From positions 2,176,001 to 2,240,000 of the forward strand of contig CBDAOB010000005.1 in assembly GCA_965197905.1 (NCBI GenBank): a DNA stretch of 64,000 nucleotides, read 5' to 3'. This document shows, piece after piece, positions 1-11,344 of the stretch. The notes below the pieces were generated by a model. The model worked only from the letters and a program-made list of their open reading frames with translations. It made no database searches and was not told the origin of the DNA. Origin of the DNA: Candidatus Latescibacterota bacterium. Lineage in GTDB: Bacteria; Latescibacterota; UBA2968; UBA8231. The position numbers and the translations under genes are program-made. How positions within the stretch are numbered: the stretch's first letter is position 1; each line of letters starts with the position of its first letter.

Positions 1-1
1 A

Positions 2-1344
<1,343 letters not shown>

Positions 1345-1348
<4 letters not shown>

Positions 1349-2730
1349 CTGCTTCCTTCAGCTTCTGCCCGGATTCCGAACTCCTTCTCTTTCCGGTAGA
1401 TCGTGCTCAACCCGATTTCGAGGATCTCGGCCGCCCGCCGGCGATCGTAGTTGACCGCCTTCAGCGTCTCCTCGATAGCCACCTTCTCCAGCTCTTCCAG
1501 GGTCATGCCCACGTGAAAGCCCCCACCCCCCACCGAACGTGAGGCACCGCTGATCTGCAATGGGATATCCGCAGCCTCCAGGGGCCCCGATCGCGGGCAC
1601 ATGACCACCATTCCCTCGATACAATTCTTCAATTCTCGAACGTTACCTGGCCAGTCGTACTGGAGCAGGACATCCAAGGCCTCGGATTTGATGCCGTCCA
1701 CCGCCTTGTCGTTTTCCACCGCGAACTGCTGGATGAACTCGTCAACCAAAATGGGCACGTCCTCGGGGCATTCGCGCAGTGGCGGCACTTCGATCGTCAC
1801 AACCCGGAGCCGGTAGAACAGATCGGCCCGGTAGGAACCCTGATCTACCATCTCCACCAGGTTTCGATTCGTCGCGGCAATCAAACGCACATCCACCTTG
1901 CGCGTATGCGTCCCCCCCACCCGCTCGAATTCCCCCTCCTGGATAACTCGAAGGAGCTTGACCTGGGTAGCCGGAGGTATATCCCCGACCTCGTCCAGAA
2001 AAAGGGTCCCGTTGTCGGCGAGCTCGAAGCGGCCGTTGCGGGCTTTCGTTGCTCCCGTAAAAGCCCCTTTCTCGTGACCGAACAGCTCGCTTTCCACAAT
2101 GCCCTCTGGAAGTGCACCGCAGTTCACTTGCACGAACGCCGACTCCCGCCGCCGGCTCTGCTGGTGGACCGCCTTGGCGATCTCCCCCTTCCCCGTTCCG
2201 GTTTCTCCCACCACCAGCACGGTAGCTTTGGAGCCCGCTACCCGCTCGATCTGATTGTAGATGCGCTGCCAAGCAGAGGATCTGCGATCGATGCCCGAGA
2301 GCCGGTAGCGCTCGTCCAGGCGCCGTTGCAGGTCTGAGACTTCGCCCACCAGCTTTTGGTAGGAGAGTCCCCGTTCGAGAACGGCATTTATCTTGTCGTG
2401 GTTGAGGGGATAGAGCTGAAAGTCGTACGCCCCCTGACGCAGGGCTTCTACTCCCAGGTGGTGATCTTCCGGGTCGGCGATGACGATGGCGCAGATCTCC
2501 GAATTTCGTTTCGTGGCCACAGCGAGGACGCGAAGACCATCGATGTGAGACTCACGCAAGCCGCAAATCAGAGCATCGAGCGGTTCCGAATCAATTATGT
2601 CGTATGCGCTCTGTCCTTCCCGCACCCACATTACCTCGTAATCTCGGTCCAGGAACGCAACCAGGTCCTTGGTGCGCGAGGATTCGTTGAGTGCGATCAG
2701 AACTCGAGGCCGTTGGTGGGATTCGGACAC
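1345..2730 (-). CDS. sigma54-dependent enhancer-binding protein (NtrC/AtoC family) with degenerate receiver domain
   Basis: GETGTGKG, GAFTGA, LFLDEVGD, WPGNVREL and a C-terminal Fis-type HTH. The N-terminal receiver-like domain lacks the canonical phosphorylation residues. GTG start 5 nt after the lon stop. Confidence 0.93.
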
Positions 2731-2735
2731 TTGGC

Positions 2736-5090
2736 TCAGGCCGCCCGCCGGAGGTTGGCATCAACAATGCTAGCTGCGAAGACCTCTCCCAGATCTTCGA
2801 CGAGGATGAAATTCGTTTGCCGTTGAATCTCCTCTGGCACTTCTTCCAGATCTTTCTCGTTCCGCTTGGGGAGGACGATCGTAGCTATGCCGGCGTAGTG
2901 GGCCGCCAACACCTTCTCCTTGATACCGCCGACGGGCAACACACGTCCGGTAAGGGTTATCTCTCCGGTCATAGCCAGATCGTCTCGCACCGATTCCCCC
3001 ACCAACAGGGAGAGAATGGCGGTAGCGACGGCGACACCAGCCGATGGACCATCCTTGGGTATCGCGCCAGACGGCAGGTGAACGTGGATGTCGTGATGGT
3101 CGAAAAAGTTGTGCGCCAAATTCCATTCCGCAGCCCGGGTGCGTACGTAGGACAGGGCGATCTGAGCCGATTCCTTCATGACATCCCCCAGTTTTCCAGT
3201 CAGCAGTAAACCCTTGCGGCCCTTCATCTTAGTGGCTTCTACTAGCATGACCTCACCACCTGCGGGCGTCCAGGCGAGCCCCGCCACAATGCCCGGGCCA
3301 CCCAAATCTGCGGAGATATCGAGCTGCTCCCGCTTGCTCCCCAGATAGTCCGCCAGGGACTCCGGAGTGACGACAAACGGTCCTTTGTCCCCTTCGACCA
3401 CCCGACGGGCAATCTTGCGGCATACCTTGCCGACAGCGCGCTCGAGGTTGCGTAGACCGGCTTCCCGTGTGTAGCCGCGAATGAGCTGCCTTAGGGATTC
3501 GTCGTCGAGCTCTATTCGACGGCGGGCCAACCCGTGGTCCTTCAGCTGCCGCGGCAGCAAATGGTTCCGGGCGATCTGAACCTTCTCATCCTCGGTGTAT
3601 CCCGAAAGCTGAATAATCTCCAGGCGATCGAGCAACGCCGGAGGGATGGTCTCCAACTGGTTGGCCGTGGCCACAAAAATGACCTTCGAAAGATCGAACG
3701 GCAGATCGAGATAGTGGTCGACGAAGGCGGAGTTTTGCTCCGGATCAAGGACCTCCAGCAGCGCCGCGGCGGGATCTCCCCGGAAGTCGGCCCCCACCTT
3801 GTCCAACTCGTCGAGAACCACCACTGGATTGTTCGTGCCCGCCTTGCGGAGTCCTTGGATGATTCGCCCCGGCATTGAGCCGATGTAGGTTCGTCGGTGC
3901 CCTCGAATCTCGGCTTCGTCGTGTATGCCACCGAGGGAAATGCGTACGAACTTCCGTCCTAACGCTCGCGCGATGGAGCGCCCCAACGATGTCTTCCCGA
4001 CGCCTGGCGGCCCGACGAAGCAGAATATCGGGCCTTTGCTTCCTCGCTTAAGTTTGCGCACGGCCAGGTACTCCAGCAGGCGCTCTTTTATTTTTTCCAG
4101 ACCGTCGTGGTCTTCGTCCAATACCTTGCGGGCCCGTGGGATCTCGATGCGTTCCCGCGAACTCTTCTTCCATGGAAGCGCCAATATCCAATCGAGATAG
4201 GTTCGGACTACGGTGTATTCTGCCGCGTTGGGAGCCATATGGCGAAGCCGATCCAACTCGCGTTCCGCTTCTCTCGAGACCACCGCGGGCAACCGAGCTT
4301 CGGTAACCTGCTGCCGCAAGTCCTCCAATTCAGTACCGTCTTCCTCGCCCAGCTCCTTCCTGATTATTCGCATCTGCTCGCGCAAAAAGTGCTCGCGCTG
4401 AAGGTTGCCCACCTCTTCTTGAACTTGGTTTTGAATCTCGTTGCCCATCTCCAATATCGACAGTTCCTGGTTCAAGAGTACCGTTAGCTGCTTGAGTCGT
4501 TTCTCCAAAACGGGCTCAGCCAGGAGGGCTTGTTTCTCCGCCAGCGTTGCGTCCACCTGGGAAGCGACGAGATCGCCCAACTGTCCAGGCTGCTTCTCGA
4601 TATTCACAATCGCGATATTTAGATCATTGTCCAGAGCGGACGAAAGGGACACGACCTTCTGGAACTGCTGCGAGAGATTTTGCGCCAGGGCGAGTTCCGC
4701 CTGGCTGCTGTTGGCATGCTCGGCAGCCGGTATCTGCCGTGCTCGTATGTAGGGTGTTTCGCTGACTATCTTGTCGAGGCGTATTCTCTTTGTGCCGCGG
4801 ACCAACACCTGCAGGTGGTCGTCGGGAAGTTTGTAGACCCGGTGAATCACCGCCAACACGCCTACCTGGTGGAGGTCACTTGTCCCCGGATGCTCGTTGT
4901 TGGCGTCGAGCTGCGTGAATACCCCGACGATTCGGTTCCCGGCTACGGCGTCCTCGATAAGGCGACGAGATTCCTCCCGACCCACCAACAGCTGCGTCGG
5001 GACGTTGGGGAATAGAACTACGTTCCTAACAGGCAAAACGGGGATTGTCTCGGGCCGATCTTCTGCAGGGTCCGGCTTAGATGGGCTCAT
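2736..5090 (-). CDS. lon: ATP-dependent protease La (Lon)
   Basis: LON N-domain ([13 protein letters not shown]), Walker [20 protein letters not shown], catalytic PKDGPSAG and GGIKEK. Start placed at ATG 5090, which has an AGGAG SD. Confidence 0.96.
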   Translation of the reverse strand: MSPSKPDPAEDRPETIPVLPVRNVVLFPNVPTQLLVGREESRRLIEDAVAGNRIVGVFTQLDANNEHPGTSDLHQVGVLAVIHRVYKLPDDHLQVLVRGTKRIRLDKIVSETPYIRARQIPAAEHANSSQAELALAQNLSQQFQKVVSLSSALDNDLNIAIVNIEKQPGQLGDLVASQVDATLAEKQALLAEPVLEKRLKQLTVLLNQELSILEMGNEIQNQVQEEVGNLQREHFLREQMRIIRKELGEEDGTELEDLRQQVTEARLPAVVSREAERELDRLRHMAPNAAEYTVVRTYLDWILALPWKKSSRERIEIPRARKVLDEDHDGLEKIKERLLEYLAVRKLKRGSKGPIFCFVGPPGVGKTSLGRSIARALGRKFVRISLGGIHDEAEIRGHRRTYIGSMPGRIIQGLRKAGTNNPVVVLDELDKVGADFRGDPAAALLEVLDPEQNSAFVDHYLDLPFDLSKVIFVATANQLETIPPALLDRLEIIQLSGYTEDEKVQIARNHLLPRQLKDHGLARRRIELDDESLRQLIRGYTREAGLRNLERAVGKVCRKIARRVVEGDKGPFVVTPESLADYLGSKREQLDISADLGGPGIVAGLAWTPAGGEVMLVEATKMKGRKGLLLTGKLGDVMKESAQIALSYVRTRAAEWNLAHNFFDHHDIHVHLPSGAIPKDGPSAGVAVATAILSLLVGESVRDDLAMTGEITLTGRVLPVGGIKEKVLAAHYAGIATIVLPKRNEKDLEEVPEEIQRQTNFILVEDLGEVFAASIVDANLRRAA

Positions 5091-5127
5091 TTTGGCTCCT
5101 CGGTATCTATCAAGGTTGACCATTGGG

Positions 5128-5143
5128 CGCAATATTCGTGCCG
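5128..5143 (-). promoter_or_regulatory. sigma54 (-24/-12) promoter upstream of lon
   Basis: Minus strand CGGCACGAATATTGCG matches TGGCACG-N4-TTGC with exact GG-N10-GC spacing, ~40 nt upstream of the lon ATG. Confidence 0.75.
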
Positions 5144-5258
5144 GGAACCGGCGCCCTCGTTTTTCGCCGCATCGAGTTGAAAATATGCCATTCTGGCAGC
5201 TACTGCCTGCCAATTTCTCTATCTTGCCGTAGCTCAACAAGTTGCCTGCCGCTAACCC

Positions 5259-5288
5259 TTGACAGACAGAGTTGGTGTTCTTTATTAT
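5259..5288 (+). promoter_or_regulatory. sigma70-type promoter for the 5391 gene
   Basis: TTGACA-18 nt-TATTAT. Confidence 0.6.
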
Positions 5289-5390
5289 TAGCTTATCTGG
5301 AAATCTGCGGCAATTGGGGCGTGGGACGGCGCGTTACCGACCTCAATATTCCCAATCCCTGGCCGATAAGATACTTGGAAACGCTTTCTA

Positions 5391-6890
5391 ATGTTTGACT
5401 TTTTCCGCAAAAAGAAACAATCCGCTGCTTTCAGCCCACGGCAGGAGATCGAGCGCCTCACCGAGCTCAGTCCTCCGTCCACCTTGATTGCCCTCGTCAC
5501 GAAAGGTGTAGAGGAGCCTGAGGACATGGGCAAAGCGTTTTTCCTTCGAAAAGATAAGAAGCTGTACACCGAAGGCAGCCACCTCTACCTGACAACCCCC
5601 GATGGGGTCAAGATCTCCAAGGATCAGAATCTCAACGCGAAGAATGTTTTGCTGCAGTTTTTCCACCGACGCGTCCCGCACAAGATGGACTGCCGTATCG
5701 TAGGGAGATTTCGTCTCCTCCCGGAGGTGGTGGAGACCCTCGATTTTTCGGCCAAAGCGGCGTATAAGCTCATTCCCACGAGCACCCTGAAGAAGGAGGA
5801 CAAACGCCAGTTTCTGCGCTACACCCTGAAGAATTATGGCGATTCACGGATTCCGCTCACCACACACATCATGTTCGACCTTGCGGTGAAAATGACCAAC
5901 AAGGAGTTCGAACTCGAGGGGGCGCCGGTGACCCTGCTAAACGATCTCACACTCAGGAACTACCGCGAAGACGGCAACGGTCAGCCGTTCACCACCCGAG
6001 ACGCGATAAACGAGTTTCGCGACGTCATGCTGCGTAAACAGCCCCATGAGCGCGCGGTCTTTTTGACCAAGATCGTGAAGGACGACGCCGGCGGACTGGT
6101 GCGGAAGCCGGACGTGGAGCTGTTACTGGGTGAGACCAACGTTCTCGGCCTCGAGATGGAATCGCTACGCGACGTACTGTACCTGAAGAAGTCGCAGAAA
6201 GCGGGCATCAAGAAAGGGGAGGAGAACCCGTACAACCTCCATCCTGGCGAAAAGATCCTCGGCAACTTCTATCACGACAACAATCCGTACGAAATGTTGA
6301 TCGAGGTGATGGAGGCCCGCACCCAAAACGAGGTGATCCGGCCGATCGACTTTATGAAAGAGGAACCTGGAATCCGGCTGGATTTAATAGACTACAGCAT
6401 CGGCGGGGGGTTGATCGAAAGCAGTCCCGAATTTCTCAGGTTCGTCCTTGGCGACAAGGTGCCGGCCAACGTGGACGAGGATCCGGACTTTGAGGGCACA
6501 TATTGGCAGGAGGCTTTCGAGGAACTCAAGAAACCAATGATCCACCTGACTCTCTACCCAAAGGTCCACTTTCCCGCTGCGGTCAAGCAGTTCCTGCCCG
6601 AAATGCCATTCAAAATTACGATCGTCGGCCAGATCGTTCGCACCCACTTAGCCCAGCTGTCGGATCGGACCGTCCTCCAACACGGAGTGCAATTCGCCTA
6701 CGAAGCCCAGGGTATTCCGCTAAAGGACGACGAGCTTGTCGACTGGCGCTACTGCCGCTATATCAGGGACAACAAATACCTCAAGGACGCCCACAGCCAT
6801 TTGACCCAACTCTACGGCTATTTGGAGAACCAAAGTATGACCTCCGCCAACTCGGGCGCGCGCCGTCAATCTCCGGCGGCAGCGGGATAA
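5391..6890 (+). CDS. Hypothetical protein, putative divergent PilZ/YcgR-like c-di-GMP receptor
   Basis: 499-aa ORF with coding-like composition. RQFLR (RxxxR) at aa 139-143, DYSIGG (DxSxxG) at aa 334, and a PilZ-like tail IVGQIVR...HGVQF. Confidence 0.6.
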   Translation: MFDFFRKKKQSAAFSPRQEIERLTELSPPSTLIALVTKGVEEPEDMGKAFFLRKDKKLYTEGSHLYLTTPDGVKISKDQNLNAKNVLLQFFHRRVPHKMDCRIVGRFRLLPEVVETLDFSAKAAYKLIPTSTLKKEDKRQFLRYTLKNYGDSRIPLTTHIMFDLAVKMTNKEFELEGAPVTLLNDLTLRNYREDGNGQPFTTRDAINEFRDVMLRKQPHERAVFLTKIVKDDAGGLVRKPDVELLLGETNVLGLEMESLRDVLYLKKSQKAGIKKGEENPYNLHPGEKILGNFYHDNNPYEMLIEVMEARTQNEVIRPIDFMKEEPGIRLDLIDYSIGGGLIESSPEFLRFVLGDKVPANVDEDPDFEGTYWQEAFEELKKPMIHLTLYPKVHFPAAVKQFLPEMPFKITIVGQIVRTHLAQLSDRTVLQHGVQFAYEAQGIPLKDDELVDWRYCRYIRDNKYLKDAHSHLTQLYGYLENQSMTSANSGARRQSPAAAG

Positions 6891-6911
6891 CCTGAGTCCG
6901 GCAATCCTAAC

Positions 6912-8309
6912 CTAGCCGCCCTCGTCTTTCCGCTTTTTCGCCGACACCCGACCCTGAAACGCAGATTTGAGCCCCTCGTCGACGAACTTGTGTTGCTGCT
7001 CCGACATGCGTTTTTGAACAGAAGCCTGTAGTTTCTCACTCTTCAGCTTTTCATCTTCTGGTTTTTCATCTTCACGGAAACGTTGGCTTATGGCAATGAG
7101 CATCTTGCTGTAGGTATTGTGATTCTCCGGCCCCTGGTGAAGAGCATACGGGGGCATAAACTTCAAGCCCCGCTCCATGCTTTTTCGGCTTCGCTCCTCG
7201 ATCAGATCGCGTGGGAATAACCGAAACGTAATGCGGTACTGCTCCTTCGCCTCGCTCACGCGCTCCAGAAAAAGCGGTAGGAACACCTCGTTTTCCGGAC
7301 CCGCCTTCTTCGCGAAGGTGCGCATCAGCGACTCTTTGATTTCGTCTGTAATCTTGAAGTGCAGCAGGAAACCGACGGCTACGTTGATGTCGCGCAGGTG
7401 ATCGTTCGGCTTTTTGACGACGACAGATCGAATTTTGTCGTGCTCGATGTCAGCGAGCAGAGTCTCCTTTATCAGGACATCGATGTTGCCGAGATTCCCG
7501 AATTCATCCAAGGTAACGTTCTCGATTACCTTTATCCCCTCCCTCTCGATGTACTTGTCCAGCGGATCTTTGACGCTGTCGAAGTAGTTCCCCTGTGTGC
7601 TCTTTTGATTCCAGCCCCCACCGCCGGGCATCACGTAGAGCTTAGCCGCGCTCAGATACCGGTCGAGCACATCCCGCCGGGTGCTCCCGGGTCCGTTGGG
7701 AAAACACGTCACCGAGTCGACCCGAACCTCGATGATATCCTCGCCGCCGACGACGAGGTCCTTCGAAAGTTTTTCGTTTGCTTCTTCCCGGGTACCGGTC
7801 CAAGGTTTGTCCGAATTGTTTGGATCTTTGGCGATGTAGAAGCTCTTTCTGAGGAAAAAGCCTTTGCCCATGAAATAGATCGGTTTTTCAGCACCCTCGA
7901 CGTCGGCGGTGTAGCTCACCTGCATCTGTTCGCCCGGCTTCATGAGGCGATCTGTGGGTTCGAAGCTGCCGCCACTCGACGAGCGGGGAAAGGTTATGAA
8001 AAAGACTGCTTTCGGTACTTCTTTAAACTTGCGGAAGGTGGAATTGCGGATAATCCCCTTCCCCCGGCCGTGCTCCACCGATTCGGTCAACAGCCTGGGC
8101 CGAACCACGTCGGTACCCACTTCGGCTTCCGCGAATGACTCAAAGAGGGGCGCCATCGCGCCCGGTTTGCTGAAAACCTCGACGGTCGAAAATTTCGGTC
8201 TCTCTTTTTGTTCGGGTTCTGGTTTAGCTTCGGCCGTAGCCTTGGGTACCTTCTTTACCTTCTTTTTGACTTTGCCTTCAGCTTTTCCTGGACTTTTGGT
8301 CTTGCCCAT
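6912..8309 (-). CDS. Hypothetical protein with Lys-rich N-terminus, possible distant paralog of the 5391 protein
   Basis: 465-aa ORF with its own promoter-like sequence. No family recognised with confidence. Confidence 0.6.
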   Translation of the reverse strand: MGKTKSPGKAEGKVKKKVKKVPKATAEAKPEPEQKERPKFSTVEVFSKPGAMAPLFESFAEAEVGTDVVRPRLLTESVEHGRGKGIIRNSTFRKFKEVPKAVFFITFPRSSSGGSFEPTDRLMKPGEQMQVSYTADVEGAEKPIYFMGKGFFLRKSFYIAKDPNNSDKPWTGTREEANEKLSKDLVVGGEDIIEVRVDSVTCFPNGPGSTRRDVLDRYLSAAKLYVMPGGGGWNQKSTQGNYFDSVKDPLDKYIEREGIKVIENVTLDEFGNLGNIDVLIKETLLADIEHDKIRSVVVKKPNDHLRDINVAVGFLLHFKITDEIKESLMRTFAKKAGPENEVFLPLFLERVSEAKEQYRITFRLFPRDLIEERSRKSMERGLKFMPPYALHQGPENHNTYSKMLIAISQRFREDEKPEDEKLKSEKLQASVQKRMSEQQHKFVDEGLKSAFQGRVSAKKRKDEGG

Positions 8310-8375
8310 TGTAGGCCTCTAAACCTAGGGAGATAGTGAATTCGGTTGGTTTGCTACGTGGGGCGGAGTTGATTT

Positions 8376-8404
8376 ATGATACAACAATCGGGAAAACTGG
8401 TCAA
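8376..8404 (-). promoter_or_regulatory. sigma70-type promoter for the 8309 gene
   Basis: Minus strand TTGACC-17 nt-TATCAT. Confidence 0.6.
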
Positions 8405-9759
8405 GATTTCAGTCTCAAACGTGCGACTGCCTCGCAGTGGGGCGTTTGGGGGAACATATCGACCGGATGAACCGCGTCGCCCCGATATCCCGCCACCTCC
8501 AGATATTTCAGATCGCGCGCTAGAGAAACCGGGTTGCAGGACACGTATAGAATGGTTTCGGGATGCAGATCCACGATCGCTGCCAGCGCCCGATCGTGGA
8601 CGCCCGCCCTCGGTGGATCCGCGACGATAAGGTCAAATTGGCGTCCATTGGCCTGAAAGCCCTGTAGCACCTCTTCCGCCGGCCCCGAAATAAACTCGCA
8701 ATTGGTGACGCTGTTTCTCTCGGCGTTCTCGCGCGCATTCACCACCGCATCCTCTTCGAGCTCTACCCCGGTTACAAACCCCGCGCTTTTCGCCAGATAC
8801 AGGCTGATGGCCCCGACGCCGCAGTATAAATCCAGAACCTCCGCATCTCCGATATCGCCGGCGAGAGTTCCGATCAGGAGGTACAAATTGCCGGCTTGTA
8901 GCGGATTTGTTTGGAAAAACGACCTAGTCGAAATTTCGAAATCGAGGCCGACACAGGTCTCCACTATTGAACCCGTGCCTTTCAGGGCGTATTCACTCTG
9001 ACCAAGTGCAGCCTGTGCCTTGCCCTCATGCAAGGTAACTACGAAGGTGCTGATTTCTGGAATCTCTTCGAGCACGAGAGCCGCCAGTTGATTCACAGTT
9101 TCGTTGGGATATTCGGCAACCACCAGATTGACCAGAATCTGCTCGCTCGCCTTGGCATCACGGACCACCAGGAAGCGCAGAATCCCTTCGTGGCTGTGTA
9201 AATCGTAAATCGGAATTTCGAGATGATCCGCATGACGTCGAACAGCCCCTACGATATGATTGGAGATCTCTGATTGCAGCTTGCACGATACGACATCGAA
9301 TACTCTGTTGTACCGCCCGCGCACGTGAAGTCCCAATTGACGCCGCCCTTCGCGGTCCAATCCGAAAGAGAACTCCATTTTGTTGCGATAGAACAGATCT
9401 GTTTCACTAGCCAAGATGGGTGCGTGGGGCGTGGTTGCCGAGGCATTTGCTTCCATCGCGTCCGCTATCATTCGAGATTTCAGGTCCAGTTGATCTGCGT
9501 AAGCCAGGTCCTGCCACCTGCAGCCACCACAGACCCCGAAGTGCTGACAGCTCGGCTCCTGCCGCCGAAAACCGTGACTGTCAAAGGCGACGACCTCGGC
9601 TTCTAGGCGACCCTTTCGTTTGGTGCGTATCCGCGCGGTTACCTCGTCGCCAGGGACTGCTCCGCGGACCGCGATCTCGCGCCCTTGCAAACAGCCCAAC
9701 CCGTCGCCGGCAACGGTGATACTGTCAATCGGCAGGCGTACGATATCTCCGCGTTTCAT
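8401..9759 (-). CDS. rlmD: 23S rRNA (uracil-C5)-methyltransferase RlmD/RumA
   Basis: TRAM domain, Fe-S motif CQHFGVCGGC...C, SFFQTN, LDLYCGVG, DPPRAG, YVSCNP, DMFPQTPHCE. Start moved to ATG 9759 because the longer ORF overlaps rplQ. Confidence 0.93.
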   Translation of the reverse strand: MKRGDIVRLPIDSITVAGDGLGCLQGREIAVRGAVPGDEVTARIRTKRKGRLEAEVVAFDSHGFRRQEPSCQHFGVCGGCRWQDLAYADQLDLKSRMIADAMEANASATTPHAPILASETDLFYRNKMEFSFGLDREGRRQLGLHVRGRYNRVFDVVSCKLQSEISNHIVGAVRRHADHLEIPIYDLHSHEGILRFLVVRDAKASEQILVNLVVAEYPNETVNQLAALVLEEIPEISTFVVTLHEGKAQAALGQSEYALKGTGSIVETCVGLDFEISTRSFFQTNPLQAGNLYLLIGTLAGDIGDAEVLDLYCGVGAISLYLAKSAGFVTGVELEEDAVVNARENAERNSVTNCEFISGPAEEVLQGFQANGRQFDLIVADPPRAGVHDRALAAIVDLHPETILYVSCNPVSLARDLKYLEVAGYRGDAVHPVDMFPQTPHCEAVARLRLKS

Positions 9760-9771
9760 GGCTCCCACATC

Positions 9772-9804
9772 AAAAAAAGGCAGGAGGTTGGTGCCCCCTG
9801 CCTC
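9772..9804 (-). terminator. Intrinsic terminator ending the alpha operon
   Basis: AGGCAGGGGG-CACCAA-CCTCCTGCCT hairpin followed by a T-run, downstream of rplQ. Confidence 0.85.
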
Positions 9805-9835
9805 ACGTCTCTCGAAATGTCGAAGCTGTGGCTTG

Positions 9836-10258
9836 CTATTCCTTCGACTCTTCCTGGGTGTCGTCAGATTCGGGCGCGCTTGTTTCCGCAGCGGCGGCTG
9901 GCGTGCGGTCGACCAGCTCCAGAATGCAGAGTTCCGCCGCGTCACCACGGCGAGGTCCTAGCTTGACGATGCGCGTATAACCACCGCTCCGACTCTGATA
10001 GCGCTGCGCCAGTTCATCGAACAACTTGGACACGATCTTCTTGTTCGGAATCCGTCGCAAGACCTGGCGACGAGCGCTCAAATCGCCCTGCTTGGCAAAC
10101 GTCACCAAAGACTCGGCAAAACTTCTGAGGGCTTTCGCACGGGGTCCGGTTGTCTTGATCATTTCGTTCTCGAAAAGGGAGGCAGCCATATTTGATAGCA
10201 TAGCCTTCCGATGGCTGTGATCCCTTCCGAGCTTCGGTATGCGTTTTCCGTGGCGCAT
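9836..10258 (-). CDS. rplQ: 50S ribosomal protein L17
   Basis: MRHGKRIPKLGR...RSGGYTRIVKLGPRRGDAA; follows rpoA. Confidence 0.97.
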   Translation of the reverse strand: MRHGKRIPKLGRDHSHRKAMLSNMAASLFENEMIKTTGPRAKALRSFAESLVTFAKQGDLSARRQVLRRIPNKKIVSKLFDELAQRYQSRSGGYTRIVKLGPRRGDAAELCILELVDRTPAAAAETSAPESDDTQEESKE

Positions 10259-10260
10259 GG

Positions 10261-11277
10261 TTAGAATTCTTCCGCGATAGGACTCGGAATTTCCTCTACT
10301 ATTTCCACGTTTTCGTATTGGGCCAGATTCATACCCCAAGACAGATTCAGCCTATCGAGGATCTCACCGAGTTCGTTGAGCGATTTCCGACCAAAATTTC
10401 GGTATTTCAACATCTCAGATTCGCTTCGCGACACCAGATCGTGCAAATGCGTAATCCCAGCCGCACGGAGGCAGTTGGCCGAACGCACTGACAGTTCCAG
10501 TTCGTCGACGGAGGTTGCCAGCAACTTGGCGATCCTCTTCGTTTCCTCATCCACAGCTTTCTCTTCGGCCTCATCCGGCTCTTCTTCGAAGTTGATAAAG
10601 AGAGACAAGTGTTCCGTCAGGAGCTTGGCGGCCTGGGCAATCGCGTCTTCGGGATGTATGGATCCATTCGTCCATATTTGCATAGTGAGTTTGTCGTAGT
10701 CGGTCCTGCGGCCCACGCGCGCATTCTCGATATCGTAGTTGACCCTGGTTATCGGAGAGTAGTTCGTATCCAGCGGGATAGTACCGATCGGCTGCTCGGC
10801 GTTTTTGTTTTCTTCCGCGAAGAGATATCCCCGTCCGTGCCCGATCGTGAGATCCATTCTCAAAGCCGACTTATCTTCCAGCGTTGCTATATGCAGCTCC
10901 GGATTCATAACCTCTACGGCTGAATCGACGGCTAGATCCCCGGCCTTCAGTTCGCCGGGCCCCTTGAACTCGATTTTGATGTCTCGCTCTTCCGAGCCAG
11001 TATACCGCAAGGCGACCTCTTTGAGATTCAGCACCATCTCAGGGATATCCTCGCGCACCCCTTTTACTACCGTAAACTCATGTTGAACGCCTTCGATATT
11101 CAGGGATTTGATCGCTACCCCCTCGATAGCCGAGATCAAAACCCTTCGAAGCGCATGTCCCAACGTCACTCCGAATCCGCGCTCGAGCGGCTGCACTTCA
11201 AACTTGCCGTAGGTTTCGTTGAGACTATCCCGATCGACCTCAACCATCCTGGGCATCTGAAAACCGTCAAATTTCAT
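10261..11277 (-). CDS. rpoA: RNA polymerase alpha subunit
   Basis: PLERGFGVTLG, ELELSVRSANCL, NFGRKSL. Confidence 0.98.
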   Translation of the reverse strand: MKFDGFQMPRMVEVDRDSLNETYGKFEVQPLERGFGVTLGHALRRVLISAIEGVAIKSLNIEGVQHEFTVVKGVREDIPEMVLNLKEVALRYTGSEERDIKIEFKGPGELKAGDLAVDSAVEVMNPELHIATLEDKSALRMDLTIGHGRGYLFAEENKNAEQPIGTIPLDTNYSPITRVNYDIENARVGRRTDYDKLTMQIWTNGSIHPEDAIAQAAKLLTEHLSLFINFEEEPDEAEEKAVDEETKRIAKLLATSVDELELSVRSANCLRAAGITHLHDLVSRSESEMLKYRNFGRKSLNELGEILDRLNLSWGMNLAQYENVEIVEEIPSPIAEEF

Positions 11278-11344
11278 TGATAAACCAGCTCCGGGTAGTG
11301 CGGGTGGAAGGCAGACCCTCGCACTTTGTGCGAGAGTTTAGACA

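Noticed and set aside
5091..5240. N-terminal extensions given by the ORF track for lon (also rlmD, rplQ, rpmD, rpsN, rplX, rpmC and rplK)
   Set aside because: They overlap promoters or neighbouring genes. Downstream starts match the family N-termini, and several have clear SD sequences.
11315..11337. Hairpin CTCGCAC-TTT-GTGCGAG between rpsD and rpoA as a terminator
   Set aside because: There is no U-tract on the coding strand; at most it is a stability or processing element.
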